Below, in pieces: positions 1 through 11,149 of a DNA stretch of 64,000 nt. Both the position numbers and the translations under genes were made by a program. The notes below the pieces were generated by a model, which saw nothing but the letters and a program-made list of their open reading frames with translations, ran no database searches and had not been told where the DNA came from. The stretch spans positions 9,915,901-9,979,900 of the forward strand of contig NC_069001.1 in the NCBI RefSeq assembly GCF_001194135.2. The letters are read 5' to 3'. The DNA is from Octopus bimaculoides (lineage: Eukaryota). Position 1 is the stretch's first letter. Every line of letters starts with the position of its first letter.

Positions 1-1242
1 TAAAGCACTAACTTCTTCCTCATGATGGTTGTACACATATATTTAACTGCCATCATTATCAAACATCGCCCACAATAAACAATATACATTCATTGACTTC
101 TGACGTTGTCAAATACCCTTTTATAGTTTTCGAAATATTTACACGTATTAGCTTTTAATGATATTTTGTTTAAAACACTTTAAATATATTATGTTAATAT
201 TCTTCATTTTCCTATAGATCGAACTATATTATCAATGATAATAATACGTTGATGATATCTAATATCTATGCAACAACACTTAGTAGTTTGTTTGAAGATC
301 TAATATCTGTTTTATTGTGTCATGGGGCGATGATAATTCCCCACAGATATCTATAGATATATCATATTTCGTCGCCACCTTCTCACCACGATATTAAGTG
401 TTGTTATCTTTGACTATTATCTCTCAACGTATAAAGGCAAAAATCTATAGAAATGCGAATATTCCATAGTAGCATCGTATAAATATAACTTTATTCTCAT
501 TAAATTTCGCCTGGAAATGAATGCCGTTATCTCTCTCTATAAACGTTGAGTTGTTATATGTGTCTCGTGAAGGTCAGCAAGATGATCACCCTGCAGGTCA
601 GCTACGTGTTTTGATATGAAACCATCAACCTAAAGTTCCCCGTTCCAAACATTGTTAGCAGCGATATAACAGTGTAGTGTGTGTTGTTCCGATTAACGCA
701 GAGTCATTAACGTAATGTAAGAGGTCAACAGATCAAATCATTGAAGAAGAAAGCAATTAAGAAGAATTGTCCGTGCGTTAGAAGTGAAATGGCTACAGGG
801 CATGGCTTGATAAAAGTATCCTTTTGTTAGAACGGAGCAGTCGAAAGCTCTGATTTGCTGAACCGCTAAAATACACAGAAGTTTACTTGCCGACAATAAA
901 GTCATCGCTTCTTTTCTCCCGCATTCATGCCTAAAGCATCATTGAACACACGTCGTAACATCTATACGATACATGTTTCATGTTCCTAATCTCTGTTAAA
1001 CTCTTCTGTACAGTTTTAGACGGCTTACATGCAGCTTACAAGTTAAAACGATTTCACTTTGGCCAAATTTTATCACTGAGATATTTTTACATTATCGAAT
1101 CATTTTAACAAGTATCACGAGTTCAAATCCATGTCTTATGATCGCTATACTTGTATTGATGCATTCGTTTACTAGAATCCTCTACCTCTTTCTGTCTCCT
1201 ATACTCTCCCTCTCTATTTATACACATATGCGTCTATCTGCG

Positions 1243-1248
1243 TGTATG

Positions 1249-1320
<72 letters not shown>

Positions 1321-1347
1321 TGTACATATATATACATATACAGACGC

Positions 1348-1388
<41 letters not shown>

Positions 1389-1398
1389 NNNNNNNNNN

Positions 1399-1456
<58 letters not shown>

Positions 1457-1500
1457 ATATATGCATGCATACTAACATACACACACGCACCCGCACGCAC
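1243..1500. repeat. Compound microsatellite (TA)n-(GA)n-(TA)n-(CA)n containing a 10-N gap
   Basis: Read directly from the sequence; explains the YI/ER/HT ORFs at 1138-1599. Confidence 0.95.
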
Positions 1501-1535
1501 ACACCTGAACATATGAACGCTTGCAAAGACTTGGA

Positions 1536-1702
1536 GATTAGAGCGACTCCAGAACGCAACTGGTACTGAATTTATCGACCCCGAAAAGATGAAAGGCAAA
1601 ATTGACTTCGGCGGAATTTGAACTCAGAACATGTAGACAGACGAAGTACCGCTAAGCATTTCACCCGGCGTGCTAACGATTCGGCCAGCAGCTCGCCGCC
1701 TT
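1536..1702 (-). mobile_element. SINE-A (A2-type body), 3' tail missing
   Basis: Reverse complement of the family head aaggcggcgagc..tggc..gttagcac..gagttcaaattccgccg (Pol III A/B-box-like) followed by cttttcggggtcgataaattcagtaccagttgcg. Confidence 0.9.
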
Positions 1703-1831
1703 CGAACGAGAGAGAAACCGATGTAGACAGCAGGACAATGAACGATGATGATATAAATGATTATGTTAACGAAAGACAGACAGACTGATAGAAAGTCAGA
1801 CAGGGAGATCTAGAAAATAGATAGGTAAATA

Positions 1832-2072
1832 GGTAATCTTCAAGTTTAGGGGGATAAAAAAATAAATAAAAATATTCAAGGGAAGTAACTGAACGTCTTA
1901 CCAGTAGTCTCCGTACATCTGTTAATAAATAAATCACACACCTGATTTGATTGACGTTAGGGTTAGGGTGTGATTTATTTATAAACAGCTAGAAGAAAAC
2001 GGATAATACTGGTAAGTCGTTCAGTTATTTCCCTTGAATATTTTTTTTATCCCCCTAAACTTGAAGATTGCC
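1832..2072. mobile_element. Fold-back MITE, 241 bp, GG termini, 8-bp TSD (Merlin- or Mutator-like)
   Basis: Arms about 1832-1939 and 1968-2072 are reverse-complementary (ggtaatcttcaagtttagggggata... / ...tatccccctaaacttgaagattgcc). GGTAAATA is duplicated at 1824-1831 and 2073-2080. Confidence 0.85.
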
Positions 2073-2653
2073 GGTAAATATATTGAAAGAGGGAGAGGGG
2101 AAAGGAGGGGAGGAGAAGAATATATGAAACAGACAGGCCGACTGTGACGGCGTGAGAATGTGCAAGAGTAAATTGCATTCTAATCAGAAAATATATCTTA
2201 AATATCAATTTTCATTGATCACGTTTTAATGAATTAAAAATAAAAAAAAAACAAAGCAAATAAAACGAAAAACATCGTCTACTGTTAAATATGAATATTT
2301 GTTTAAAAATTGTTGTGTGTTTAAGAAGTAATTACTATTAGTCTGGTCGTGTTTGATGACATTTCATTATGTTTATGCTGTTTTAGTTGTGGTTATTGTC
2401 TTGCCTGAGCTTCTCACTGATCTAGCAAACCTGTTATAGAAAGCATTCCAAATGTGACCCTCCCATCATTTTAGTAGTTACTAGGGCGCACATTATCTGA
2501 TATTCTCTCATCCTACTTGCATTTCCTGGTATTTTGTTACGCCTGTTGTTATTTGTTGTAGCTATTGTTCTTATTATTGCTTAGCCCTAGGTCAATCTTG
2601 TTCTCGCAAACCTTTAATCAAATCTATTCTAAGTGCTATTATCGAACCAATTA

Positions 2654-2910
2654 ATAGGATCGCGGTTTCGAATCCCAGACCGGGCGTTGTGTGTGTTTAT
2701 TGAGCGAAAACACCTAAAAGCTCCACGAGGCTACGGCAGGGAGGGGGGCACCCCTGTTGTACTCTTTCGCCCCAACTTTCTCTCACTCTTTTTTCCTGTT
2801 TCTCGAGTAACGCTGCGATAGACTGGCATCCCGTCCAGCTGGGGGGAACACATACGCCATAGAAACCGGGAAACCAGGCTAGGCTTGAAAAGGACGCATA
2901 AATAAATAAA
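2654..2910 (+). mobile_element. SINE-C with C2 tail, 5'-truncated
   Basis: B-box-like ggtttcgaatccc and body (ttgagcgaaaacacct..agctccacgagg..tctctcactctt) match the copy at 18596. The tail gctgcgatagactggcatcccgtccag...gaaaccggg differs from that copy. Confidence 0.8.
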
Positions 2911-3004
2911 ATACTCAATGTTTAATATTTGTCTTGCTTTATCTTTCTTTGTGGTCTCTACTCAACCTCTGTTGTATAATCGTTGTTGGTGCTTCTATTG
3001 GTAT

Positions 3005-3201
3005 TACTAATAGTCCTTTCTACTCTATATACTAATAGTCCTTTCTACTCTATATACTAATAGTCCTTTCTACTCTATATACTAATAGTCCTTTCTACNN
3101 NNNNNNNNTACTAATAGTCCTTTCTACTCTATATACTAATAGTCCTTTCTACTCTATATACTAATAGTCCTTTCTACTCTATATACTAATAGTCCTTTCT
3201 A
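3005..3201. repeat. 25-bp minisatellite (tactaatagtcctttctactctata)n with an internal gap
   Basis: Perfect unit repeated about 3.5 times on each side of a 10-N gap. Confidence 0.95.
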
Positions 3202-3368
3202 TTCCATCCTGAAAGTTTTCAGGTTGGAGGTAGTCGATCAAAATGGACTCACAAATGGTGATAGACAAATTCGACATTGGAGGAATTTGAACTGAGAATT
3301 TAAAGTCGGATAAAATACCACCAGGCGTTTTGCCCAGCGTGCTAACGATTCAGCCAGTTCGCCGCCTT
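3195..3368 (-). mobile_element. SINE-A, degenerate, head-to-head with the copy at 3398
   Basis: ggaatttgaactgagaa ... gcgtgctaacgattcagccagttcgccgcctt is the reverse complement of the family head. Confidence 0.8.
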
Positions 3369-3397
3369 ATCGTTATTACTAATATTACTATTGTTAT

Positions 3398-4430
3398 AAG
3401 GCGGCAGGCTGGAAGAAACCGAAATGTTTAGCGGTATTTCGTCTGCCGTTACGTTCTGAGTTCAAATTCCGCCGAGGTCGACTTTGTCTTTCATCCTTTC
3501 GGGGTCGATAAATTAAGTATCAGTTACGCACTGGGGTCGATGGAATCGACTTAATCCCTTTGTCTGTCCTTATTTGTCTCCTCTATGTGTAGCCCCTTGT
3601 GGGCAATAGAGAAATAAGAAACGTTAGCATGTTGGGCGAAATGCTTAGTGGTATTTCGTCTCTCTTCGTGTTCTGAGTTCAAATTCCACCGAGGTCGACT
3701 TTGCCTTTCATCCTTCCGGGGTCAATAAATTAAACACCAATTGCGTACTGGTGTCGATCTAATCGACTGGTCTCCTTCCCAACATTTTTTAGCCTTGTGC
3801 CTAGAGTAGAAAACAGGTGGTGACCTGGCAGAAAAGTCAGCACGCCGGGCGAAATGCTTAGCGGTATTTCGTCTGTCTTCCTGTTCTGAGTTCAAATTCC
3901 GCCGAGGTCGACTTTGCTTTTCATCCTTTTGGTGTCGATAAATTAAGTACCAGTTGCGTACTGGTGTCGATCTAATCGACTGGCCTCCTTCCCAAAAATT
4001 TCGGGCCTTGTGCCTAGAGTAGAAAAAAAGGCGGCGAGCTCGCAGAAACGTCAGTACGCCGGGCGAAATGCTTAGCGGTATTTCGTCTGTCTTTACGTTC
4101 TGAGTTCAGATTCCACCGAGGTCGACTTTGCTTTTCATCCTTTTGGTGTCGATAAATTAAGTACTAATTGCATACTGGGGTCGATCTAATGACTGTCCCC
4201 CCTCCTCCAAAATTTCGGCCTTTGTGCCTAGAGTAGAAACGAATATTGCTATTGTTATTGTTGTTCTTGTTCATTTATCTTGTCAGTATACTCGTTATAA
4301 CTAAGGCTGGCGGAATCGACAGCACGCTGGGCAAAGTGCTCAGTGGTATTTCGTCTGACTTTACATTCTGAGTTCAAATTCCGCCGTGGTCACCTTCGTC
4401 TTTTGTCCTCTCGGAGTCATTAAAATATAC
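3398..4430 (+). mobile_element. Tandem cluster of five SINE-A copies: A1 3398-3616, A2 3617-3813, A2 3814-4027, A2 4028-4245, truncated 4303-4430
   Basis: gagttca(a/g)attcc recurs in all five and ..gaggtcgactttg..tcatcc in the first four. A1 tail ends ccccttgtgggcaata.agaaata; A2 tail ends ttgtgcctagagtagaaa. Confidence 0.92.
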
Positions 4431-4530
4431 CTCTCACTCTTTCATCCTGCTTCTTGAGTATCGCTGCGATAATGGTGGGGGGGGGGGGCATACGCCATGA
4501 ACCTGGATAGGCATGAAAAGGGCGAAAAAA
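4431..4530 (+). mobile_element. SINE-C2 3' tail fused to the truncated SINE-A head
   Basis: ctctcactctttcatcctgcttcttgagtatcgctgcgata...catacgccat..aggcatgaaaagg matches about 2782-2895 with internal deletions. Confidence 0.65.
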
Positions 4531-5349
4531 GAAGAAAAACGAACATGCTTATCTAATTAAATAAATATAAAATACATTAAGTATATGATCTCACCAACGA
4601 GTAAAAAATACGTAAATTCACGAAAGATATGTACAGGACAAAAAATAAGTACAGGACTACAACATACACAAGAAGAACAAGACACCACCAACGAGTGTAA
4701 ATACATAATTAGAGACAAGTACGGGACAAAATACGAAAAGAATTCTAAGATTTCTTCAGTTGTCGACTGTTAATTACTCCTGGTTCGAGTTTTCAACCAC
4801 AATATAGGAAACGTTTATAAAACGGCGGCAACAAGAAATTTTTAAAATACTAAATTTGTGGAGAGTTAGACCTTTGAACGAACAAACAGCGACAGCGTGG
4901 ACGTAGAGAGTAAACGGTCGATGAAGACAAACATTCAAGGTCGTTGGGCCAAGACGCATTGTAATGAGTAACGCCTGGGAAAAACTTTGAAAGGATATAG
5001 AATAAACAGAAGAGAAGGAAATATTAGAAGAGAAAAAGAGAAAAAAATGTGGGGAGGCGAGAAAAATTACGTCTGACTAAAAGGACGTTGTCTCTAGAAA
5101 AGAGAGAAGAAATGGCCTGTAGTCACGTGACAGCAAGAGGCAGAGGAGAAGGGGGGCAATAGAGAGGATGAGGGAAAGAAACAAAAGGTGTGAGGAGAAT
5201 GGAGAGGGAACGAATGATCGTAGAGAGTAGAAGAAAGATAGACAGAGGACGGCAAAGAAGGAGGTGCAGAAAAGGAAAATAAAGAGGATTATAGAGGGAA
5301 AGAGAGAAAGAAAGAAAGGGAACAGAGAGTAGAGTCGTAGGTATTCATG

Positions 5350-5556
5350 GGTGTGTGAGTTTCTGTCCGTGTTTGTCCCCCCATCACCGTTTGACAACGG
5401 GTGTTGGTGTGTTTACGTCCCCATACCTTAGCGGTTCGGCATACAAGTTCGATAGAATAAGTACTAGGGTCGAATCGTTCGATTAAAAATCCCTTCAAGG
5501 TGGTGCACCAGCATAGCCACAGTGAAGTGCAAGAAACAAATTAAAGAATAAAAGAT
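5350..5556 (+). mobile_element. SINE-B 3' half
   Basis: gtgtttgtccccc..tttgacaac..ggtgtgtttacgtcccc..tagcggttcggca..gatagaataagtact..ggtggtgcaccagcatagccacagt, matching the full copies at 57974 and 60931. Confidence 0.85.
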
Positions 5557-6783
5557 TAAATCGACTTATCCCCAAATTGCTGGCTCTGTGCTAAAGTTCA
5601 AAACCGGACTGGTTGCATACCTGCAGACATTAAGAAAATTACCATTTTTCCTCATTGTTCTTCCTGTTGTACCTGTATCTAGTTCAAACGTGGTCGTGTA
5701 GGAACGAACAGAATTCTGTTCAAACTCTTTCCAACCGTAAAAATCCCCCATTTTCGGTCTATCAACTATTGAAATTAACAAATAATTTCTCATTCATTTA
5801 AGTCGGTAGAGTGCCATTGGTAGGAACTTCGGCTGCTATTTCTAGCAGATCATGTGACCAGTACAGACCCTCAGCTATTTTACCGTCGTTCTCATGCTAT
5901 TTCATTTTTAAATCGATGATTAAAAAAAAAAAAAAAAAAAAAAAAGACAAATTCCTACATTTTCATTGGTTAAGTGACAGTTGTTATAGCTGTTGCTAGC
6001 GCTGAAGACAATTTCTGGCATCGATATTGTTGTAATTGTTCAAACAGTGATACATTCTCTTGTTCAGGTCAGCCATTAATGTTTTGATAATATTGTCGGT
6101 CACTCAATTAGCAATTATTTTACTTTTNNNNNNNNNNNNNNNNNNNNNNNNNNNNNNNNNNNNNNNNNNNNNNNNNNNNNNNNNNNNNNNNNNNNNNNNN
6201 NNNNNNNNNNNNNNNNNNNNNNNNNNNNNNNNNNNNNNNNNNNNNNNNNNNNNNNNNNNNNNNNNNNNNNNNNNNNNNNNNNNNNNNNNNNNNNNNNNNN
6301 NNNNNNNNNNNNNNNNNNNNNNNNNNNNNNNNNNNNNNNNNNNNNNNNNNNNNNNNNNNNNNNNNNNNNNNNNNNNNNNNNNNNNNNNNNNNNNNNNNNN
6401 NNNNNNNNNNNNNNNNNNNNNNNNNNNNNNNNNNNNNNNNNNNNNNNNNNNNNNNNNNNNNNNNNNNNNNNNNNNNNNNNNNNNNNNNNNNNNNNNNNNN
6501 NNNNNNNNNNNNNNNNNNNNNNNNNNNNNNNNNNNNNNNNNNNNNNNNNNNNNNNNNNNNNNNNNNNNNNNNNNNNNNNNNNNNNNNNNNNNNNNNNNNN
6601 NNNNNNNNNNNNNNNNNNNNNNNNNNNNNNNNNNNNNNNNNNNNNNNNNNNNNNNNNNNNNNNNNNNNNNNNNNNNNNNNNNNNNNNNNNNNNNNNNNNN
6701 NNNNNNNNNNNNNNNNNNNNNNNNNNNNNNNNNNNNNNNNNNNNNNNNNNNNNTCTCTCTCTCTCTCTCTCTATCTATCTCTG

Positions 6784-6817
<34 letters not shown>

Positions 6818-6849
6818 ACGGACGGCGAAAGGCTGAAAGGCAAAGGCTA

Positions 6850-7158
6850 CCTAAGTTTAGATTCCGCCGAGGTTGACTTCGACCTTCATCCTTTAACGGT
6901 CAATGAAGTACGAAGAGAACAGGGATCGATGCAAGTAAATGCCCTCCCCCCTACCACGCACGTGCCCCTACCAATTTTCAGGTCTTGCGCTTGCCCAGCA
7001 CAAGACCCCTTTACGCTCTGACTTGAAGTGCCGCCGTGGTCGAAGTTACCTTTCAGACTTTCAAGGTTGATAACCTAAATACCTGCTGAATACAGGTGTC
7101 GATGTAACTGACTAGACGTCTTCCCTGCACCTGCTGGCCTAGTGCAAAACTTTGAAAC

Positions 7159-7160
<2 letters not shown>
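6850..7160 (+). mobile_element. Two degenerate SINE-A fragments (A3-type tail), followed by (ATT)n
   Basis: attccgccgaggttgacttcgaccttcatcctt near 6862, and ctggcctagtgcaaaactttgaaacc at about 7135-7160. Confidence 0.6.
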
Positions 7161-7189
<29 letters not shown>

Positions 7190-7360
7190 GTTGTTGTTTT
7201 TGTTGTTATCATTATTATTATTAGTATTATTATTATTGTTGTTATTATTATCATCAACAATATTGTTTACTAAAACATTTATCTGATATTTATTTGGCAA
7301 CTCCTTACTACCAAATGAAGGTCATTTTATATATTGAGACAGACGTTCGTTTTGTTTTTT

Positions 7361-7408
<48 letters not shown>

Positions 7409-7533
7409 AACTATATATATACACACATATATATATTTATATATACATACATATACATATGCAATATACATATAATATATATATGTTTATACACACACAT
7501 ATATATATATATATACCCATCTATATTATATAT

Positions 7534-7565
<32 letters not shown>

Positions 7566-7640
7566 GTATATCTATCTATATTATACATATACTCACACAC
7601 ACACATATAAGTATATATATATTTATGTATATATATATCC
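7161..7640. repeat. (ATT/GTT)n then (CA)n/(TA)n compound microsatellites
   Basis: Read directly from the sequence. Confidence 0.9.
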
Positions 7641-8331
7641 TTTCTAATTAACAAATAATAGAATAAGAAATGGAATTTTGAAAGAAAAAATATGAAAAAG
7701 AAGAGAAATGCCTTTTTTTTAGTTGAATAATTGCTTTCTTTGTTATAGCTCTGTATAGAGTTGTCGTTCTTTGTTCATCTTCTGTGAACTTTCTAAGTTC
7801 ACAATTGATCTTTTAGTTAATTGGAATAAACACACACATACACATACGCACACATACATGCGTACATATATTCATGCATGCACATATTTATATATTTGCA
7901 TACACAGCCGCACACACAGGTACTGGTATGTAGACACACCTATGTAATAAATACACAGGCAGATATACGTACATCAACATTCACACATGCGTAGACACAT
8001 CTATAGTCTCGCAGACTGTAATATATTCTTCTGAAACATTGTATAGCCAAATGCCTTAGATGTAAATATGGACAGCAAGAGAATTAGGCTGAAAAGGAGA
8101 GAGAGGGGAGAGAGAGAGAGAGAGACATCATGGTGAGCGTGTGTGTGCGCATCTATGCATTTAGACACGTATGTGTGCGCATAATGATAGTTAGAAAGAT
8201 ACATACATACATACATGGATGCATAGTGTTAATTAACTAGTGGTAGAGACAGAATTGGTAATTGCTCCTACACGAAATTCTTTGCGATTCTTGTGTCTAC
8301 TACTACTACTACTACTACTAATAATAATAAT

Positions 8332-8890
8332 TGGTAAAATCCGCCTTGCACCTAAGGATATAATTTCAGCCCATGATGTTGACATTCAAAATTTCAACCA
8401 CCTGTACTATACATCCGTGAAAATCTCAACGATTCTATGTGGTGAAAAGTTTAGAAAACGGCAACATTCACACGAGAAGCCTACTTGGCAAGAGGGTATT
8501 CAACAGCAACTTTAGCGATTTAGGTTTGACATAAAATGTTTAAAAATTCTTAAGTTTGACAAGACTATCAAACCAACAGAAATCCGAAAATTAAAGAAGA
8601 AATATAATATTAAAAATCCATATTTGACATCGATACCACCATAGAAATTAACAATGAAGATTGCCACAAGTGGCCTAGGCACTTACCTGAAAAACAGTGA
8701 TGACTGGATGTTTAAAATTGTCTCAAAGCATGAAAACAAGAAAGCATCATATTCAGTAACAAAACAGGCAAAGAATAGCTAAGTGAATTCCAAATACAAC
8801 AAATTCCAGAATTAGACGAACTAGAATCAAGCATAGAAAACGCTAAGCGTATGAAAACCAGTGCTTAAACTGCTACCTTAGATATTCTTA
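8332..8890 (+). mobile_element. R4/Dong-like non-LTR retrotransposon relic: N-terminal region joined to post-RT region, RT deleted
   Basis: Translation NHLYYTSVKIST..KPTWQEGIQQQL*RFRFDIKCL..KKYNIK / LTMKIATSGLGTYLKNSDDWMFKIVSKHENKKASYSVTKQA /fs/ EFQIQQIPELDELESSIENAKRMKTSA. This resembles the R4-clade N-terminal (NHLIY..KPPW) and post-RT (GL..YL..S.D..L..V..HE) motifs. It starts right after (TAC)n(TAA)n. Family assigned by motif recall only. Confidence 0.55.
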
Positions 8891-8963
8891 CTCATAAATA
8901 GCAAGAAAAACCTTAATTAAGAAATCAACCGTAAATAAACAAAACCCTCGGGTCCATCACTGT

Positions 8964-8994
<31 letters not shown>

Positions 8995-9157
8995 GAGTCG
9001 CATATCTACGTATGTTTGACGATAATCAAACCAAATCTTCATGATTTCCAGCCACTCATTCAGTGAGTANNNNNNNNNNGTAATTTTGCAAAGACACACA
9101 CAAACAGACAAATACGAGTGATTACAGGACTCTGCTTTCGGTTATGCTCACAAGGTG

Positions 9158-9200
<43 letters not shown>

Positions 9201-9201
<1 letters not shown>

Positions 9202-9410
9202 GCAAGACGAGAGAGGAAGGATAGGAAATCATGCAGGACGAGATAGGAAAGTTATGGGGCATGAGGAAAGTAATGGTGATACCGGTGGGTAATTGGAGTA
9301 TTAGGAGCAGTTTCCAAGAGCTTTGAAAAACATGATAAGAATATTGGAGCTGCTGTCAGGCTCGAAGTGATCCAGAAGACAGCAAAGCAGTGTTGGGTAC
9401 AGCTCGCATT
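9201..9410 (+). mobile_element. R4/Dong-like C-terminal restriction-like endonuclease fragment
   Basis: Translation QDEIGKLWGMRKVMVIPV/+1/VIGVLGAVSKSFEKHDKNIGAAVRLEVIQKTA..GTARI resembles the RLE tail of R4-clade elements (E...LW....V.VIPVVIGALG......QK...LGTA.I). It begins immediately after (TAA)n at 9158-9200. Confidence 0.7.
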
Positions 9411-9504
9411 CACATGGTTCCAGGTTCAGTCTCATTGCGCAAGTGACTACTACTTTAGTCTCGGGATGAACAAAGCTTAGTGAGTGAATTTGATAGTTGT
9501 ACAT

Positions 9505-9539
<35 letters not shown>

Positions 9540-9779
9540 TTGTGTGTATGTACGTTTGTGCTGTATGTGTGTCTTTGTGTCTGTGTTATTCCTCTATCAT
9601 CGCTTGACAACCAGTGTTGGTGTATCTAGGTACCTGTAGCTTAGCAGTTCGGTAAAAGAGACTGACCAAATAAGTACTAAGCTTAGAAATAAGACGTGAG
9701 GTCGATTTGTTCGATTAAAACCCTTCAAGGCGGTGCTCCAGAATGGTCGCAGTCAAATGGCTGAAACAAGTAAAAGAAT
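9411..9779 (+). mobile_element. SINE-B, 5'-truncated, with internal (TA)n(TG)n
   Basis: cacatggttccaggttcagtc..caagtg..ctact....gctccagaatggtcgcagtcaaatggctgaaacaagtaaaaga. Confidence 0.88.
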
Positions 9780-10593
9780 AACAGATTACTGAATATGGAG
9801 CCGCTGTATTAGCATAGACTCTGTTTCTTATTGTCGTATAGAATTCGGGGTCACCAAGAAAGTGAATTTTGTAAGATTAATTACAAGCACGATCAGTATA
9901 ACATCTGTAAAAGTTGTTTTATTTTGCAGGGGATTAATTTTATATATAAAGACGTGAATTATTCATACTAGTAATAAGCTAAAACATCTGCTTCTTTTAA
10001 ATATGGTGTCTACAAAATTTATCGTACAATAAATATTTAATTTAAATTGCATTAAACTATACAAGCTAAATACCTGAAGAAAATTTATGTCAGTATTAAT
10101 GCTAATATATAATATATTTAGGATATGGAAACTATAAATTCAATGTGTATGATATAGAAATAGTAAGACCAAGGTGGTTTTAAAGTAAATATGTTGCCGT
10201 GTAATTCAACAAAAACTACGTAAATAAATAAAAAATGGAATCGCTGTGTTATTCTTATAGCTGTTAGCTTCAAATCAATCCAATATTTGGATAAGTACAA
10301 TAGCCGCAAAAATCAATTTCTATTATGCAAGAGTTGCGGTATTAAATATAAAGAAGATATCTTTTTGCTGAGAATATTAATATTGCGGTAAGATTCGTGC
10401 AAACAACGCGTGTAATATAGATAAAATTATATACTGTTTGTAGTTAAACTTTTATAAACAGAAAATGTATTTCTTAATAGATGTAGAGCTAATACACGAT
10501 CATTTAAGTTACTGGGTTTCAAAAACAGCCAATAAATTATGTTTTGGAGGAAACCATGTAAATATAAAGCTGAAAATCGTTAATCATGAATAT

Positions 10594-11149
10594 TTCTTTT
10601 CTACTCTAGGCACAAGGCCCGAAATATTTCGGGGAGGGGCTAGTCGATAAGATCGACTCCAGTACGCAACGGGTTCTTAATTTATCGACCCCGAAAGGAT
10701 GAAAAGTAGACCTCGGCGGAATTTAAACTCAGAACGTAAAGACAGACGAAATACCGCTAAGTATTTCGCCCGGCGTGCTAACGTTTCTTATTTCTTTACT
10801 GCCCACAAGTGGCTACACACAGGGACAAACAAGGACAGAGAAACGGGTTAAGTCGATTATATCGACCCCAGTGCGTAACTGGTACTTATTTAATCGACCC
10901 CGAAAGGATAGAAGGCAAAGTCGACCTCGGCGGAATTTGAACTCAGAACGTAGCGGCAGACGAAATACCGCTAAGCATTTCGCCCGGCGTACTAGCTTTT
11001 CTGCCAGCTCGCCGCCTTGCTAAAACAGAATATTCTTTTCTACTCTAGGCACAAGGCTCGAAGTTTTTAGGGAGGGGGCTAATCGATTAGATCGACCCCA
11101 GTACGCAATTGGTACTTAATTTATCGCCTCCGAAATGATGAAAAGCAAA
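10594..11149 (-). mobile_element. SINE-A cluster: A2 3' half (11033-11149), A1 (10788-11018) fused to A2 (10594-10787)
   Basis: Reverse-complement matches to the head and to both tail types. The A1-A2 junction reads gggcagtaaagaaataagaaacgttagc on the minus strand. Confidence 0.92.

Noticed and set aside
481-1100. Unique moderately GC-balanced stretch; tried reading it as an hAT or LINE fragment
   Set aside because: The frames I translated have frequent stops and no recognisable motif.
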